DNA from: an uncultured Actinomycetota bacterium
GTDB lineage: Bacteria > Actinomycetota > Actinomycetes > Actinomycetales > Dermatophilaceae
Reading direction: 5' to 3'
Length of the DNA stretch: 64,000 nucleotides
Assembly (NCBI GenBank): GCA_963795035.1
Contig: CAWCFZ010000003.1
Span: forward strand, 265,075 to 329,074
The position numbers and the translations under genes are program-made. Position 1 is the first letter of the stretch. The number at the start of each line of letters is the position of its first letter. The notes under the pieces were generated by a model. That model saw only the letters and a list, made by a program, of their open reading frames with translations, did no database searches and was not told the DNA's origin. Positions 28,064 to 38,500 of this stretch are shown here, one piece after another.

Positions 28064-28823
28064 TCAGGGACGCAGGGAGGCCTTGAGGTCGTCGGGCAGC
28101 AGCAGGGCCTTGCCGATGAGCCGCTCGGCCACCACCGCGGTCGTCGTCTGCGCCGCCATGATCCCGACGAGGACGAGCACCTGGGCCGCCGCGGCCTGGG
28201 CGGGCGTGCCGCCCCCGAGCAGGACGCCGACGAACGCGCCCGGCAGGGTCACGACCCCGGCGGTGCGCACCTGGTCCAGGCCCGGGATGAGCGCCTCGGG
28301 GATCCGCCGGTGGATCACCTCGGAGACGGCCTGCGGCCGCGTCAGCCCCACGGACAGCCCGGCCTCGAACTGGTGGTGCTCCTCGCGCAGCGCCGCGAAG
28401 GCGCGTCGGCACGCGAGGGTGTGCCCGTTCATCGTGTTTCCCGCCAGGATGCCGACGACGGGGATGAGCGCGGCGCCCGTGGGCGGGACGGTGCGGGTCG
28501 CGAGGACCACGACGACGACGGGGAGCAGCCCGGCGAGCATGGCCAGGGTCGCGAAGGGCCATGCCTTCGGGGCCTCGACCCGGCGGACCGTGGTGACCAC
28601 CGCGACGACGAACATCGCGACGAGGAGCAGCACCGACAGCGCGAGGTCTCGCACGACGGCCGCGATGACGAGGGCGGCCAGCCCCAGCTGCACGACGGCG
28701 CGCCCGGCCGCGAACAGCGTGGAGCCGGGCGCCGGGAGGTCGCCGACGACGTAGACGGTCACCGTGAGGGCGAGGAGCAGGACGACGGCGAGGGCGACGG
28801 GCAGCCCGGGGTCGATCGACACC
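28064..28823 (-). CDS. UPF0014 / FetB-like ABC-type transporter permease
   Basis: Polytopic membrane protein with ILAGNTMNGHTLA and the C-terminal motif LPGAFVGVLLGG. Start uncertain: GTG 28823 or TTG 28855. Confidence 0.65.
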
Positions 28824-28903
28824 GGCCCACCGTAGGCCGGACCCGGCCCCGGCAACCCGAACGCGGGGCCGGCCGGGTGAGGATTTCACCGGGCGGTGCC
28901 ACC

Positions 28904-28916
28904 TCTGGCAGACTGG
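28904..28916 (+). promoter_or_regulatory. Putative rplS promoter core TCTGGCAGACTGG (hexamer CAGACT 28909-28914)
   Basis: Shares 12 of 13 nt with the motif upstream of rpsP. Leaves a leader of about 155 nt before rplS. Confidence 0.4.
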
Positions 28917-29074
28917 GTCGCTGCGCCCCACCGACCTCACGGCCCCCGCCACAGGGGGAGTGCCCCGGACCTCGTCCGACCGGCATGCGGCCCGGGCGGC
29001 GCACCACCAGACAGCAGAGCAGTACCGACACCCGCGGGTGACCTGTGGCAGGCCGCGAGAAAGCGACATCCGAC

Positions 29075-29434
29075 ATGCAGCGCTTCGATGAGCTCGACCT
29101 GGCGTCGATCAAGACCGACATCCCGGAGTTCCGGGCGGGCGACACCGTCAACGTCCACGTCAAGGTCGTCGAGGGCACCCGCTCGCGCATCCAGGTCTTC
29201 AAGGGCGTCGTCATCCGGCGCCACGGCGGCGGGGTCGGCCAGACCTTCACCGTCCGCAAGGTCTCCTTCGGCGTCGGTGTCGAGCGCACCTTCCCGCTGC
29301 ACACGCCGATCATCGACCACATCGAGGTCGTCACCCGTGGTGACGTCCGTCGCGCGAAGCTGTACTACCTGCGCGACCTGCGCGGCAAGGCCGCCAAGAT
29401 CAAGGAGAAGCGCGACACCCCGGTCGCCCGCTGA
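29075..29434 (+). CDS. rplS: 50S ribosomal protein L19
   Basis: ATG 29075 ([34 protein letters not shown]...). Confidence 0.95.
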   Translation: MQRFDELDLASIKTDIPEFRAGDTVNVHVKVVEGTRSRIQVFKGVVIRRHGGGVGQTFTVRKVSFGVGVERTFPLHTPIIDHIEVVTRGDVRRAKLYYLRDLRGKAAKIKEKRDTPVAR

Positions 29435-29486
29435 GGCCCACCGGCCCTGCGCGCCCCACCCAGCCGGGCCCACTAGGCTCCGCGAG

Positions 29487-30011
29487 GTGACGACCCGTCA
29501 GCACGCCGACCCGGCTCCCTCCACCTCGGTGGACGGGGCCGGGTCGCGTCGTCCCCGGGTCGTGCCGCTCCTCGTCGCTGCCGTGCTGCTCACCGCGCTC
29601 GTGCAGCACCTGGTGCTCCAGTCCTACGTCGTCCCCACCGGCGCCCTGTCGCCGGCCCTCGAGCCAGGAGAGCGTGTCCTCGTGTGGAAGGCCTCCTCCG
29701 GCGTCGCTCCCGGTGACCTCGTCGTCGTCGACACCACGTCGACCGCGGACGTCGACCGCTCCACGCCCGTCGACGACGGCCCCGTCGGACGAGCCCTCGC
29801 GGGCGTCGCCGACCTCCTCGGTGTCGAGATCGGCCGGCAGGACCGGCTGGCGGTCGTCGCGTCGGTCTCCGGCGAGAGCGTGACGCTCGCCGCCCCCTCG
29901 CCCGGTGCGGTGTCCCGCGACGACGTCGTGGGACGGGTGCTGCTGCGGATCTGGCCCGTGAGCCGGTTCGGTGGGGTCGGGACCGCCGGGCTCGAGGCGG
30001 TGGCCGGGTGA
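29487..30011 (+). CDS. S26 signal-peptidase-like protein lacking the catalytic Ser/Lys boxes (probable pseudo-enzyme)
   Basis: GTG 29487 lies 7 nt after TAGGCT, so it may be leaderless. TM helix VVPLLVAAVLLTALV. VPTGALSPAL replaces the PSGSMxxTL box. No KRVIGxPGD or GDxRxxSxDSR boxes. The stop overlaps the lepB start (GTGA). Confidence 0.6.
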   Translation: MTTRQHADPAPSTSVDGAGSRRPRVVPLLVAAVLLTALVQHLVLQSYVVPTGALSPALEPGERVLVWKASSGVAPGDLVVVDTTSTADVDRSTPVDDGPVGRALAGVADLLGVEIGRQDRLAVVASVSGESVTLAAPSPGAVSRDDVVGRVLLRIWPVSRFGGVGTAGLEAVAG

Positions 30012-30772
30012 CCGCCCGCGAGACCGAGGGCTCGGGGACCGAGCGCCTCGACGGCGACCCCTCGGTCCCCGAGCCGAGCGTGCTGTCGTACTTCGTCGCG
30101 GCGCTGCGCGAGGTGGCGGTGGTCGTCGTCCTCGCGCTGGCGCTGTCCTTCGTCGTCAAGACCTGGCTGCTCCAGGCGTTCTACATCCCCTCGGGCTCGA
30201 TGGAGGACACCCTGCTCGTCGGGGACCGCGTCGTCGTCTCGAAGCTGACGCCCGGTCCGGTCGACCTCCACCGGGGTGACGTCGTCGTCTTCGAGGACCC
30301 CGGGGGCTGGCTCGACGCACCCGTGCCCGTCGAGCGGGGCACCGTCGGTGGAGCCGTCCACGACGGCCTGGTCTTCGTCGGGCTGCTGCCTGCCGAGTCC
30401 GAGGACCACCTCATCAAGCGCGTCATCGGGATGCCCGGCGACCACGTCGTGTGCTGCGACGCCGACCGCCGCCTCACCGTCAACGACACGCCGATCATCG
30501 AGTCCTACCTCAAGGCCAACGACCTGCCGAGCTCGCTGAACTTCGACATCACCGTCCCCGCCGGGCGCGTGTGGGTCATGGGCGACCACCGGTCCGACTC
30601 CGAGGACTCCCGCTTCCACGACCCGTCGGGCACCGGCCGCGACGGGAGCGTCCCGATCTCGGCGATCACCGGTCGCGCGATCGCCACGGTCTGGCCGTTC
30701 GGACGGGCCGGCTGGATCTCCGAGAACGCCTTGACCTTCTCGGGGGTGCCCACGCGCCCCGCCGCGCCGTGA
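30008..30772 (+). CDS. lepB: Signal peptidase I
   Basis: [20 protein letters not shown] and [11 protein letters not shown] are all present. Confidence 0.93.
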   Translation: MTARETEGSGTERLDGDPSVPEPSVLSYFVAALREVAVVVVLALALSFVVKTWLLQAFYIPSGSMEDTLLVGDRVVVSKLTPGPVDLHRGDVVVFEDPGGWLDAPVPVERGTVGGAVHDGLVFVGLLPAESEDHLIKRVIGMPGDHVVCCDADRRLTVNDTPIIESYLKANDLPSSLNFDITVPAGRVWVMGDHRSDSEDSRFHDPSGTGRDGSVPISAITGRAIATVWPFGRAGWISENALTFSGVPTRPAAP

Positions 30773-31557
30773 GGCCCACCACCTCCCGCACGCCGACCCT
30801 GCGGGTGGAGCGCGCCCTCCAGCGTGACGGCCACCGCGTCCTCGCCGGGATGGACGAGGTCGGGCGGGGGGCGCTCGCCGGTCCCGTGTCGGTGGGGGTC
30901 GTCGTCATCGACGAGTCGTGCCGGTCCGCCCCGCAGGGGGTCCGTGACTCCAAGCTCCTCGTGCCGCACGCGCGCGAGCGGATGGTGCCGCGCATCGAGC
31001 GCTGGGCCCTGGCCCACGCCGTCGGGCACGCGAGCGCCGACGAGATCGACGAGATCGGCATCATCGCCGCCCTGCGGCTGGCCGGGACGCGGGCCCTGGC
31101 GGGGTGCGGGGTGACCCCGGACCTCGTCATCCTCGACGGGAACCACGACTGGCTCACCTCACCCCAGGACGTCGGCCTCCTCGCGTTCGCCCACGAGGAC
31201 CAGGTCGCCACGCCCGCCGTCACGACGATGGTCAAGGCCGACCTCACCTGCTCCTCCGTCGCGGCGGCCTCGGTGCTGGCCAAGGTGACCCGCGACCGCA
31301 TCATGGTCCGCCTCGGGGAGCAGGACCCGTCGTACGGGTGGGTGGAGAACAAGGGGTACGCGGCCCCGGAGCACCTGGACGCGCTGCGGCGGCTCGGCAC
31401 CTCGCCGTGGCACCGGCGGTCGTGGCGCCTGCCCGGGACCATGGATGATGGTGCTGCCCTGACCGACCCGGCCGACGCGCCCGGGCTGGTCACCGACCCG
31501 GCACCGGACCCGACCTGGGGTCCGGCGGCCGACCTGACGCGAGTGGGAGAGCGATGA
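30769..31557 (+). CDS. rnhB: Ribonuclease HII
   Basis: GTG 30769 overlaps the lepB stop. [14 protein letters not shown] and DSKLL motifs. Confidence 0.92.
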   Translation: MRPTTSRTPTLRVERALQRDGHRVLAGMDEVGRGALAGPVSVGVVVIDESCRSAPQGVRDSKLLVPHARERMVPRIERWALAHAVGHASADEIDEIGIIAALRLAGTRALAGCGVTPDLVILDGNHDWLTSPQDVGLLAFAHEDQVATPAVTTMVKADLTCSSVAAASVLAKVTRDRIMVRLGEQDPSYGWVENKGYAAPEHLDALRRLGTSPWHRRSWRLPGTMDDGAALTDPADAPGLVTDPAPDPTWGPAADLTRVGER

Positions 31558-31868
31558 GCTCGGAGGACCTCGAGAAGTACGAGAGCGAGGCGGAGCTCGC
31601 GCTCTACCGCGAGTACCGCGACGTCGTGGGGCTGTTCAGCCACGTCGTGGAGACCGAGCGGCGCTTCTACCTGTGCAACAGCGTCGACGTGAAGGTGCGC
31701 TCCGACGGCGGTGAGGTGTTCTTCGACGTCACGATGCACGACGCGTGGGTCTGGGACATCTACCGCCCGGCCCGCTTCGCCAAGACCGTGCGCGTCGTGA
31801 CGTTCAAGGACGTCAACGTCGAGGAGCTGGCCAAGAGCGAGCTCGAGCTGCCCAAGGGCGAGTTCTAG
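31554..31868 (+). CDS. DUF2469 domain protein
   Basis: ATGA overlap with rnhB. 104 aa, [28 protein letters not shown]. Conserved actinobacterial position after rnhB. Confidence 0.85.
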   Translation: MSSEDLEKYESEAELALYREYRDVVGLFSHVVETERRFYLCNSVDVKVRSDGGEVFFDVTMHDAWVWDIYRPARFAKTVRVVTFKDVNVEELAKSELELPKGEF

Positions 31869-31978
31869 CCAGCAGCCGGGTCGCCTCCGTTCGTCCACAG
31901 GTCGCTGCGCCGGCGGGCGTCGTCCACAGGTTCGAGGTGACCGTGGCGCGACCGCGGGCCGGCCGGTTGGCTCGGTGC

Positions 31979-32362
31979 ATGACGAACGACGACGACGCCC
32001 CGCGCGGCTCCCGGCAGGGGCTGGGGCGGTGGGGTGAGGACCTCGCGGTCCGCTACCTGCGCGACCAGGGGCTGACGGTCCTGGAGCGCAACTGGCGCTG
32101 CGAGCACGGGGAGGTCGACGTCGTCGCGCGCGACGGCGGCTGGATCGTCGTCTGCGAGGTCAAGACACGACGCTCCGAGGGGTTCGGCGAGCCGGTCGAG
32201 GCCGTGACCTTCGCCAAGGCGATGCGGCTGCGCCGGCTCGCGGCCGCCTGGCTGTCGGCGCACGACGTGCGGGCCGAGGGGGTGCGCATCGACGTCGTGG
32301 GCATCCTCTGCCGGTCCGGGCAGCCGCCGCTGGTGCGTCACGTCGTGGGGGTGGGGTCGTGA
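31979..32362 (+). CDS. YraN family endonuclease (UPF0102)
   Basis: ATG 31979. GEDLAVRYLRDQGLTVLERNWRC..GEVDVVARDGGWIVVCEVKTR. Confidence 0.88.
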   Translation: MTNDDDAPRGSRQGLGRWGEDLAVRYLRDQGLTVLERNWRCEHGEVDVVARDGGWIVVCEVKTRRSEGFGEPVEAVTFAKAMRLRRLAAAWLSAHDVRAEGVRIDVVGILCRSGQPPLVRHVVGVGS

Positions 32363-33906
32363 CGTTCGGGCTCGGTCGCACCCTGTCGGTGACGCTCACC
32401 GGTCTCGAGGGCACGCTCGTCGACGTCGAGGCGCACATCGCCCAGGGGCTGCCCCAGTTCGCCATCGGCGGGCTGCCGGACGCCGCGTGCGCCCAGGCCC
32501 CGGACCGGGTGCGCCCGGCGGCGGCGACGTCCGGCGTGCCGCTGCCGGCGCACCGCATCACCGTCAACCTGTCACCCGCGTCGATCCCCAAGCGCGGGTC
32601 CGGGTTCGACCTGCCGATCGCCGTGGCGGTGCTCGCGGCGTCGGGCGTGCTGAGGGCGGCCCCGCTGGCGGCGGAGGTCGTCCACCTGGGGGAGCTGGCG
32701 CTCGACGGCCGGCTGCGCGGGGTCCGCGGGGTGCTGCCGGCGGTGCTGGAGGCCGCACGACGCGGGGTGCGGCACGTGGTGGTCCCGCTGGAGAACGTGG
32801 CGGAGGCCCAGCTCGTCGACGGGGTCGCCGTGCACGGTGCGGCCAGCCTGGGCGAGGTCGTCCGCTGGTACGCAGCGGTGGAGCATGGGGAGGCGCTGCC
32901 CGTGGCGCCGGAGCCGGTCGTGCCCTCCTCCTGCGTCGTGTCCGGCCCCGACCTCGCCGACGTCGCGGGGCAGCCCGAGGCCCGCCGCGCGCTCGAGCTC
33001 GCCGCCACCGGGGGCCACCACCTGCTGATGTCCGGCCCGCCCGGCGTCGGCAAGACGATGCTCGCCGAGCGCCTCGTCACCGTCCTGCCGCCACTGAGCC
33101 GCGAGGAGGCGCTCGAGACCCACGCCATCCGCTCGCTCACCGGCCACGTCGGCGAGGTCGCCGACCTCGACCGCACCCCGCCGTTCGTGGCCCCCCACCA
33201 CAGCTCGACCGTCGCGGCGGTCGCCGGGGGCGGCTCCGGCATCGCCCTGCCCGGAGCCATCTCCCGGGCGCACCGCGGGGTGCTCTTCCTCGACGAGGCG
33301 CCCGAGTTCCGGTCCTCGGTGCTCCAGGTCCTGCGTCAGCCGCTCGAGTCCGGCGAGGTCGTCCTGGCCCGGGCGCAGCACGTCGTGCGCTACCCGGCGC
33401 GCTTCCTCCTCGTGCTCGCCGCGAACCCGTGCCCGTGCGGGTACTCGTGGGGCAAGGGCCTTGACTGCCGGTGCCGGCCGCAGGACATCCGCTCGTACGC
33501 GGCCAAGCTGTCCGGGCCCCTGCTCGACCGGGTCGACCTGCAGATCCACGTGCCACCGGTGCAGCGGGCCGCGATCGGTGACGAGCCGGGGGAGCCGAGT
33601 TCGGCCGTCGCGGCGCGGGTCTCCACGGCGCGCGCGGTCCAGGCCGAGCGGTGGGCCGCCGACGGGTGGGCCGTCAACGGCGTCGTCCCCGGGCACGCCC
33701 TGCGCCGGCCGCCGTTCCGGCTGCCACGAGCCGCCACGGTCGTGCTCGACCGGGCGCTCGACGCCGGGCGGATCACGCTGCGCGGGTACGACCGCGTGCT
33801 GCGCGTGGCCTGGTCGTCGGCGGACCTGCGCGGGCGGGCCGTCCCGGATGCCGACGACGTCGCCACCGGGCTCGTGCTGCGCCGGGGAGAGCAGGTGGCG
33901 GCGTGA
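32359..33906 (+). CDS. YifB/ComM family Mg-chelatase-like AAA+ ATPase
   Basis: GTGA overlap with the yraN-like gene. Walker A MSGPPGVGKTMLA, GVLFLDEAPEF, C-terminal ChlI-like domain. Confidence 0.92.
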   Translation: MTFGLGRTLSVTLTGLEGTLVDVEAHIAQGLPQFAIGGLPDAACAQAPDRVRPAAATSGVPLPAHRITVNLSPASIPKRGSGFDLPIAVAVLAASGVLRAAPLAAEVVHLGELALDGRLRGVRGVLPAVLEAARRGVRHVVVPLENVAEAQLVDGVAVHGAASLGEVVRWYAAVEHGEALPVAPEPVVPSSCVVSGPDLADVAGQPEARRALELAATGGHHLLMSGPPGVGKTMLAERLVTVLPPLSREEALETHAIRSLTGHVGEVADLDRTPPFVAPHHSSTVAAVAGGGSGIALPGAISRAHRGVLFLDEAPEFRSSVLQVLRQPLESGEVVLARAQHVVRYPARFLLVLAANPCPCGYSWGKGLDCRCRPQDIRSYAAKLSGPLLDRVDLQIHVPPVQRAAIGDEPGEPSSAVAARVSTARAVQAERWAADGWAVNGVVPGHALRRPPFRLPRAATVVLDRALDAGRITLRGYDRVLRVAWSSADLRGRAVPDADDVATGLVLRRGEQVAA

Positions 33907-35066
33907 TCGGGCGGACCAGTCCTCTCGAGCGGGACGACCGGTGGGCGCGGGCCGCCTGGACCTACCTCGCCGAGTCGCGCAGCCCCACGCTGGGTCGGCT
34001 GATCGAGACCGACGGAGCGGTCGAGGCGCTGGCGATGCTGCGGGCCGGGTCGGTGCGGCGCCGGGCCCTCGAGCTGCACCCGGCGGCGAGGCCGGTCGAC
34101 CTCGAGGGGTGGGAGGCGCGCATCGACGAGCTCGACCTCGGCGGCATCCGTCGGGCGTGCGAGGAGGGCGAGCTGACCCTCCTCGTCCCCGCAGACCCCG
34201 GCTGGCCACCCGGCCTGGACCGGCTGCGCGACCCCCCGCCGTGCGTCTTCGTCCGGGGCGACCCCGACCTCGACGCCCTCGTCCACCGTTCCGTCGCCCT
34301 CGTCGGGTCGCGGGCGGCCACCGAGTACGGGCTGCGCACGGCGGGTGACTTGGCCGACGGGCTCGCCCTGCGGGGTTTCACCGTCGTCAGCGGTGCGGCG
34401 TTCGGCATCGACGCGGCGGCCCACCGGGCGGCCCTGGCCGCGGAGGGCCGGTGCGTCGCCGTCCTCGCCTGCGGGGCCGACCGCTACTACCCGCGGACGC
34501 ACACCGGGCTCATCGACGCCGTCGCCCGCACCGGGGCGGTCGTCAGTGAGAGCCCTCCGGGCGCGGCGCCCTACCGGTGGCGGTTCCTCGCCCGGAACCG
34601 GATCATCGCGGCGCTGTCCTGCGCGACGGTCGTCGTCGAGGCGAGCCTGAGGTCCGGGTCCCTGTCCACGGCGAAGGAGGCACGCGAGCACCATCTACCG
34701 GTCGGTGCCGTGCCCGGACCGGTGACGAGCGCGACCTCGGCGGGATGCCACGCGCTCGTGCGCGACACCGACGCCGTGCTCGTCACCGACGCGGCCGAGG
34801 TCGCCGAGCTCGCCTCCTCGATGGGCGACGACCTCGCACCTGCGCGTGACCACGGCCCGGCCCGCCCGGGCGACCACCTCGGTGACGCGGCGTACCGGGT
34901 CTGGTCCGCGGTCCCCGCGCGGGGGAGCGCGAGCACCGAGCGCGTCGGGGTGGCGGCAGGAGTCCGAGCCGAGGCACTGGGTGGGATCCTCGTCGGCCTC
35001 GAGGCTGACGGGCTCGTCGTCCGGGAGGCGGGGAGGTGGCGCAAGGGACGGGTGGGGAGGAAGTAG
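33903..35066 (+). CDS. dprA: DNA-processing protein DprA
   Basis: GTG 33903 overlaps the previous stop. Rossmann-like core VALVGSRAATEYG ... SGAAFGIDAAAHRAAL. Confidence 0.9.
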   Translation: MIGRTSPLERDDRWARAAWTYLAESRSPTLGRLIETDGAVEALAMLRAGSVRRRALELHPAARPVDLEGWEARIDELDLGGIRRACEEGELTLLVPADPGWPPGLDRLRDPPPCVFVRGDPDLDALVHRSVALVGSRAATEYGLRTAGDLADGLALRGFTVVSGAAFGIDAAAHRAALAAEGRCVAVLACGADRYYPRTHTGLIDAVARTGAVVSESPPGAAPYRWRFLARNRIIAALSCATVVVEASLRSGSLSTAKEAREHHLPVGAVPGPVTSATSAGCHALVRDTDAVLVTDAAEVAELASSMGDDLAPARDHGPARPGDHLGDAAYRVWSAVPARGSASTERVGVAAGVRAEALGGILVGLEADGLVVREAGRWRKGRVGRK

Positions 35067-35138
35067 GCGCCGGGGCCGAAGTGGCCGACTTGTTCCGAAG
35101 TCGTTGCGGAGGGCCCCCCGGGGTGACACCGTGAGCGC

Positions 35139-36050
35139 GTGACCGTCGTCGGATGCCACGCGCTCCCGGCTTTCGAGCGATACCTGCGGAGCGAGCGCGG
35201 CAGATCGCCCCACACCGTGCGTGCCTACGTGCGGGACGTCGGCGCGTTCCTCGACGGTGCCGGGGTCGACGACGACAGCGGGCTGAGCGCCGTCCACCTG
35301 GCCGATCTCCGGGCCCACCTCGGCACCCTCTCCCGCGCCGGAGCGGCCCGCGCCACGATCGCTCGCGCGTCGGCCTCCCTGCGGACCTTCTTCGGCTGGC
35401 TGGAGCGGTCCGGCCGGATCGCCACCGACCCCTCCCTGCGCCTGTCGGCCCCGAGCCGCCATCGCACCCTGCCGCCGGTGCTCGCCCAGCGCTCGGCCGC
35501 CGCCCTGCTCGACGTCGCGGCCGTCGCGGCCGACGACGACGACCCGGTCCACCTGCGCAACCGCGCCGCGCTCGAGCTCCTCTACGCCACCGGCATCCGG
35601 GTCGGCGAGCTCGTCGGGCTCGACGTCGACGACGTCGACCTGTCGACCCTGGTCCTGCGCGTCGTCGGCAAGGGCGACAAGGAGCGTCGCGTGCCCTTCG
35701 GCATCCCTGCCCGAGACGCCCTCACCGCCTGGCTCGACCGGGGCCGGCCCCGGCTCGTCACGGCGCAGAGCGGCCCGGCCCTGCTGCTCGGGCGCCGCGG
35801 GGGTCGCGCCGACCAGCGCCAGGTGCGGTCGGTCGTCCACGAGCTCCTCGAGCACGTTCCCGACGCCCCGGACCTCGGGCCCCACGGACTGCGCCACTCG
35901 GCGGCGACCCACCTGCTCGAGGGCGGCGCCGACCTGCGCATGGTGCAGCAGCTGCTCGGTCACGCGTCCCTCGCGACCACGCAGATCTACACCCACGTCT
36001 CCGTCGACCGGCTCAAGCGGTCCTACGCCCAGGCGCACCCACGTGCGTGA
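35139..36050 (+). CDS. xerC: Tyrosine recombinase XerC
   Basis: N-terminal SAM-like domain. Catalytic blocks [47 protein letters not shown]. Confidence 0.93.
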   Translation: MTVVGCHALPAFERYLRSERGRSPHTVRAYVRDVGAFLDGAGVDDDSGLSAVHLADLRAHLGTLSRAGAARATIARASASLRTFFGWLERSGRIATDPSLRLSAPSRHRTLPPVLAQRSAAALLDVAAVAADDDDPVHLRNRAALELLYATGIRVGELVGLDVDDVDLSTLVLRVVGKGDKERRVPFGIPARDALTAWLDRGRPRLVTAQSGPALLLGRRGGRADQRQVRSVVHELLEHVPDAPDLGPHGLRHSAATHLLEGGADLRMVQQLLGHASLATTQIYTHVSVDRLKRSYAQAHPRA

Positions 36051-37392
36051 CGAGGCCCTGCCGCAGGACACCGACGAACGACCGATGAGCAGGGTCGACA
36101 TCGACGCTGGCGCGTCCGCCGATCCCGCCGACCACGGCTCCGGCGCGCTGCCCCCGGCCGAAGGGTCGCGGTCCGCGGGCGAGGACGACTCCCGCGAGCA
36201 CCTCGACGTCGCCGAGTGGGTCTCGGAGTTCCGTCGCCTCTACGTCGAGCCCAAGCCTGCTGGCGAGGTCGAGGAGCAGGAGCCGACGTCGCGGCACCGC
36301 CGTGGAGGCATCGGTCGCTTCGGTCGCCGTTCCGCCGGCCGGTCCGCTCCCGAGCCGGTCGCCCCGGAGCCCGTGACGCCCGAGCCGGAGGCCCCGTCCG
36401 CGGTGACCGGCCTCGCCGCCCTCGCCCGGTTCGCCGAGGGTCCGACCCCCGTCCCCCCGCCGCACGGACCTGACGTGGTCGAGTCCGCCGGCGTCGCCGG
36501 GCCGGACGAGCAGGACGCCACCGGGACCGCCTGGCCCACCGAGCCGGGGCTCGACCCGACATCCGAGCTGCCGCCGCGACCGTGGGTGTCGAGTGAGCTC
36601 GCCGTCGAGGTGGAGAACGCCGACTCCTGGGGTGGGCGCGGCACCGCTGCAGACTTCCCGGGCACGGCCGACACCGCAGCCGCGCCGGACACCGCCGATT
36701 CCGCCGCCGTCGACGGGATCGACGCCGCGGCGCCGCGGGCGGACGCTGCTCCCGCACCCGCCGCTCCCGTCCCGTGGTGGCTCGAGGTGCAGCAGCGCGC
36801 TGCGACCGAGGAGACCGACTCCGACGACGACCCGCAGGAAGGCACCGGGGCGCACGGGCAGGACGACGCCGGTGCAGCCGTCGTCCCTGAGCCGGCCCGG
36901 GTGGTCAGGGGACTCTCCTCCTTGTTCGCCGACTCCGAGTCCGCTGAGGTCGAGGTCGACGCCGAGGCAGCCGGACCGGACGTCGCGGACGCCGAAGCCG
37001 AGCCCGCGGAGTCGACCGCGTTCCCCGCCGACACCCCTCCCGTCGTCGACGACGCAGTCACCTCCGATGACGTCAGTGAGGCGTCGATCGCCGACGACGG
37101 TGCGCCGTCGTGGTCCCAGGACGGCATCGCCGTGGACTGGGCCGCCTGGCAGGCCGAGTTCGCCGCAGCCGAACAGCGCGCACCCGCCGACTCCGCGGAC
37201 ACCGAGGAGGCCGAGCCCGAGACCGAGCCCGTGGTCGACGAGGCCGAGCCCGAGCCAGCCGACGACGAGGCCGAGGCCGAGCCCGAGCCTGAGCCCCTGC
37301 CTGAGATCGCTGTCGACGAGGCCGAGCCCGAGCCGCTGAGCCAGTGGTCGACGAGGCCGAGCCGTGTTCGCGAGGCCGAGCCCGAAGCCTGA
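36043..37392 (+). CDS. Hypothetical acidic (Asp/Glu/Pro/Ala-rich) protein. This is the N-terminal ORF, as sequenced, of the repeat gene following xerC.
   Basis: GTG 36043 overlaps the xerC stop by 8 nt (alternative ATG 36085). 449 codons open, entering [11 protein letters not shown] repeats. Terminated by a TGA created where the repeat register slips. Confidence 0.55.
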   Translation: MRDEALPQDTDERPMSRVDIDAGASADPADHGSGALPPAEGSRSAGEDDSREHLDVAEWVSEFRRLYVEPKPAGEVEEQEPTSRHRRGGIGRFGRRSAGRSAPEPVAPEPVTPEPEAPSAVTGLAALARFAEGPTPVPPPHGPDVVESAGVAGPDEQDATGTAWPTEPGLDPTSELPPRPWVSSELAVEVENADSWGGRGTAADFPGTADTAAAPDTADSAAVDGIDAAAPRADAAPAPAAPVPWWLEVQQRAATEETDSDDDPQEGTGAHGQDDAGAAVVPEPARVVRGLSSLFADSESAEVEVDAEAAGPDVADAEAEPAESTAFPADTPPVVDDAVTSDDVSEASIADDGAPSWSQDGIAVDWAAWQAEFAAAEQRAPADSADTEEAEPETEPVVDEAEPEPADDEAEAEPEPEPLPEIAVDEAEPEPLSQWSTRPSRVREAEPEA

Positions 37393-38500
37393 CCTCGTGG
37401 TCGACGAGGCCGAGCCAGAGCCCGAGCCGGTGGTCGACGAGGCCGAGCCTGAGCTGACCTGAGCCTGAGCCTGAGCCTGTGGACGAGGCCGAGCCTGAGA
37501 CCGAGCCGGTGGTCGACGAGGCCGAGCCTGAGATTGCTGTCGACGAGGCCGAGCCCGAGCCTGAGCCGGTCGGTCGACGAGGCCGAGCCTGAGCCCGAGC
37601 CTGTGGTTGCTGAGGTTGAGCCTGAGATCGCTGTCGACGAGGCCGAGCCTGAGCCCGAGCCTGTGGTTGCTGAGGTTGAGCCTGAGATCGCTGTCGACGA
37701 GGCCGAGACCGAGACCGAGCCCGTGGTCGACGAGGCCGAGCCCGAGCCCGAGCCTGACCCGGTGTTCGCTGAGGTCGAGCCCGAAGCTGAACTCGTGGTC
37801 GATGAGCCGGAGCCGGAGCCTGAGCCGGTCGTCGACGAGGCCGAGCCCGAGACCGAGCCCGTGGTCGACGAGGCCGAGCCCGAACCTGAGCCCCTGCCTG
37901 AGATCGCTGTCGACGAGGCCGAGCCTGAGCCCCTGCCTGAGCCGGTGGTCGACGAGGCCGAGCCTGAGCCCGAGCCTGTCGGAGGCCGAGCCTGAGCCTC
38001 GGTGGTCGACGAGGCCGAGCCTGAGCCTGAGCCGGTGGTCGACGAGGCCGAGCCCGAGCCCGACGCCGGTGGTCGCTGAGGCCGAGCCTGAGCCGCGTGG
38101 TCGACGAGGCCGAGCCCGAGCCCCTGCCTGAGATCGCTGTCGACGAGGCCGAGCCCGAGCCCCTGCCTGAGATCGCTGTCGACGAGGCCGAGCCTGAGCC
38201 TGAGCCGGTGGTCCGACTGAGCCCGAGCCCGAGCCTGACCCGGTGGTCGCTGAGGCCGAGCCTGAGCCTGAGCCGGTGGTCGACGAGGCTGAGCCTGAGC
38301 CCGAGCCTGACCCGGTGGTCGCTGAGGCCGAGCCTGAGCCTGAGCCTGAGGTGGTCGACTGAGGCTGAGCCTGAGCCTGAGCCGGTGGTCGCTGAGGCCG
38401 AGCGCCGAGCCCGAGCCCGTGCCGGTGGTCGACGAGGTCGAGCCCGAGCCCGAGCCCATGCCGGTGGTCGATGAGGTCGAGCCTGAGCCGGTGCTCGAGG
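37231..38500 (+). repeat. Tandem-repeat tract of 33/39/60-nt units encoding [24 protein letters not shown] and [20 protein letters not shown], with many indels between units
   Basis: The GTCGACGAGGCCGAG cores were read in all three phases. There is an exact 60-bp tandem duplication at 37573-37632 / 37633-37692. Confidence 0.9.

Noticed and set aside
35139-36050. Tyrosine recombinase as a marker of an integrated mobile element, with the repeat gene as cargo
   Set aside because: The gene sits in the conserved dprA-xerC housekeeping position and has XerC-type motifs. No att-like direct repeats, tRNA target or other mobile-element genes are present.
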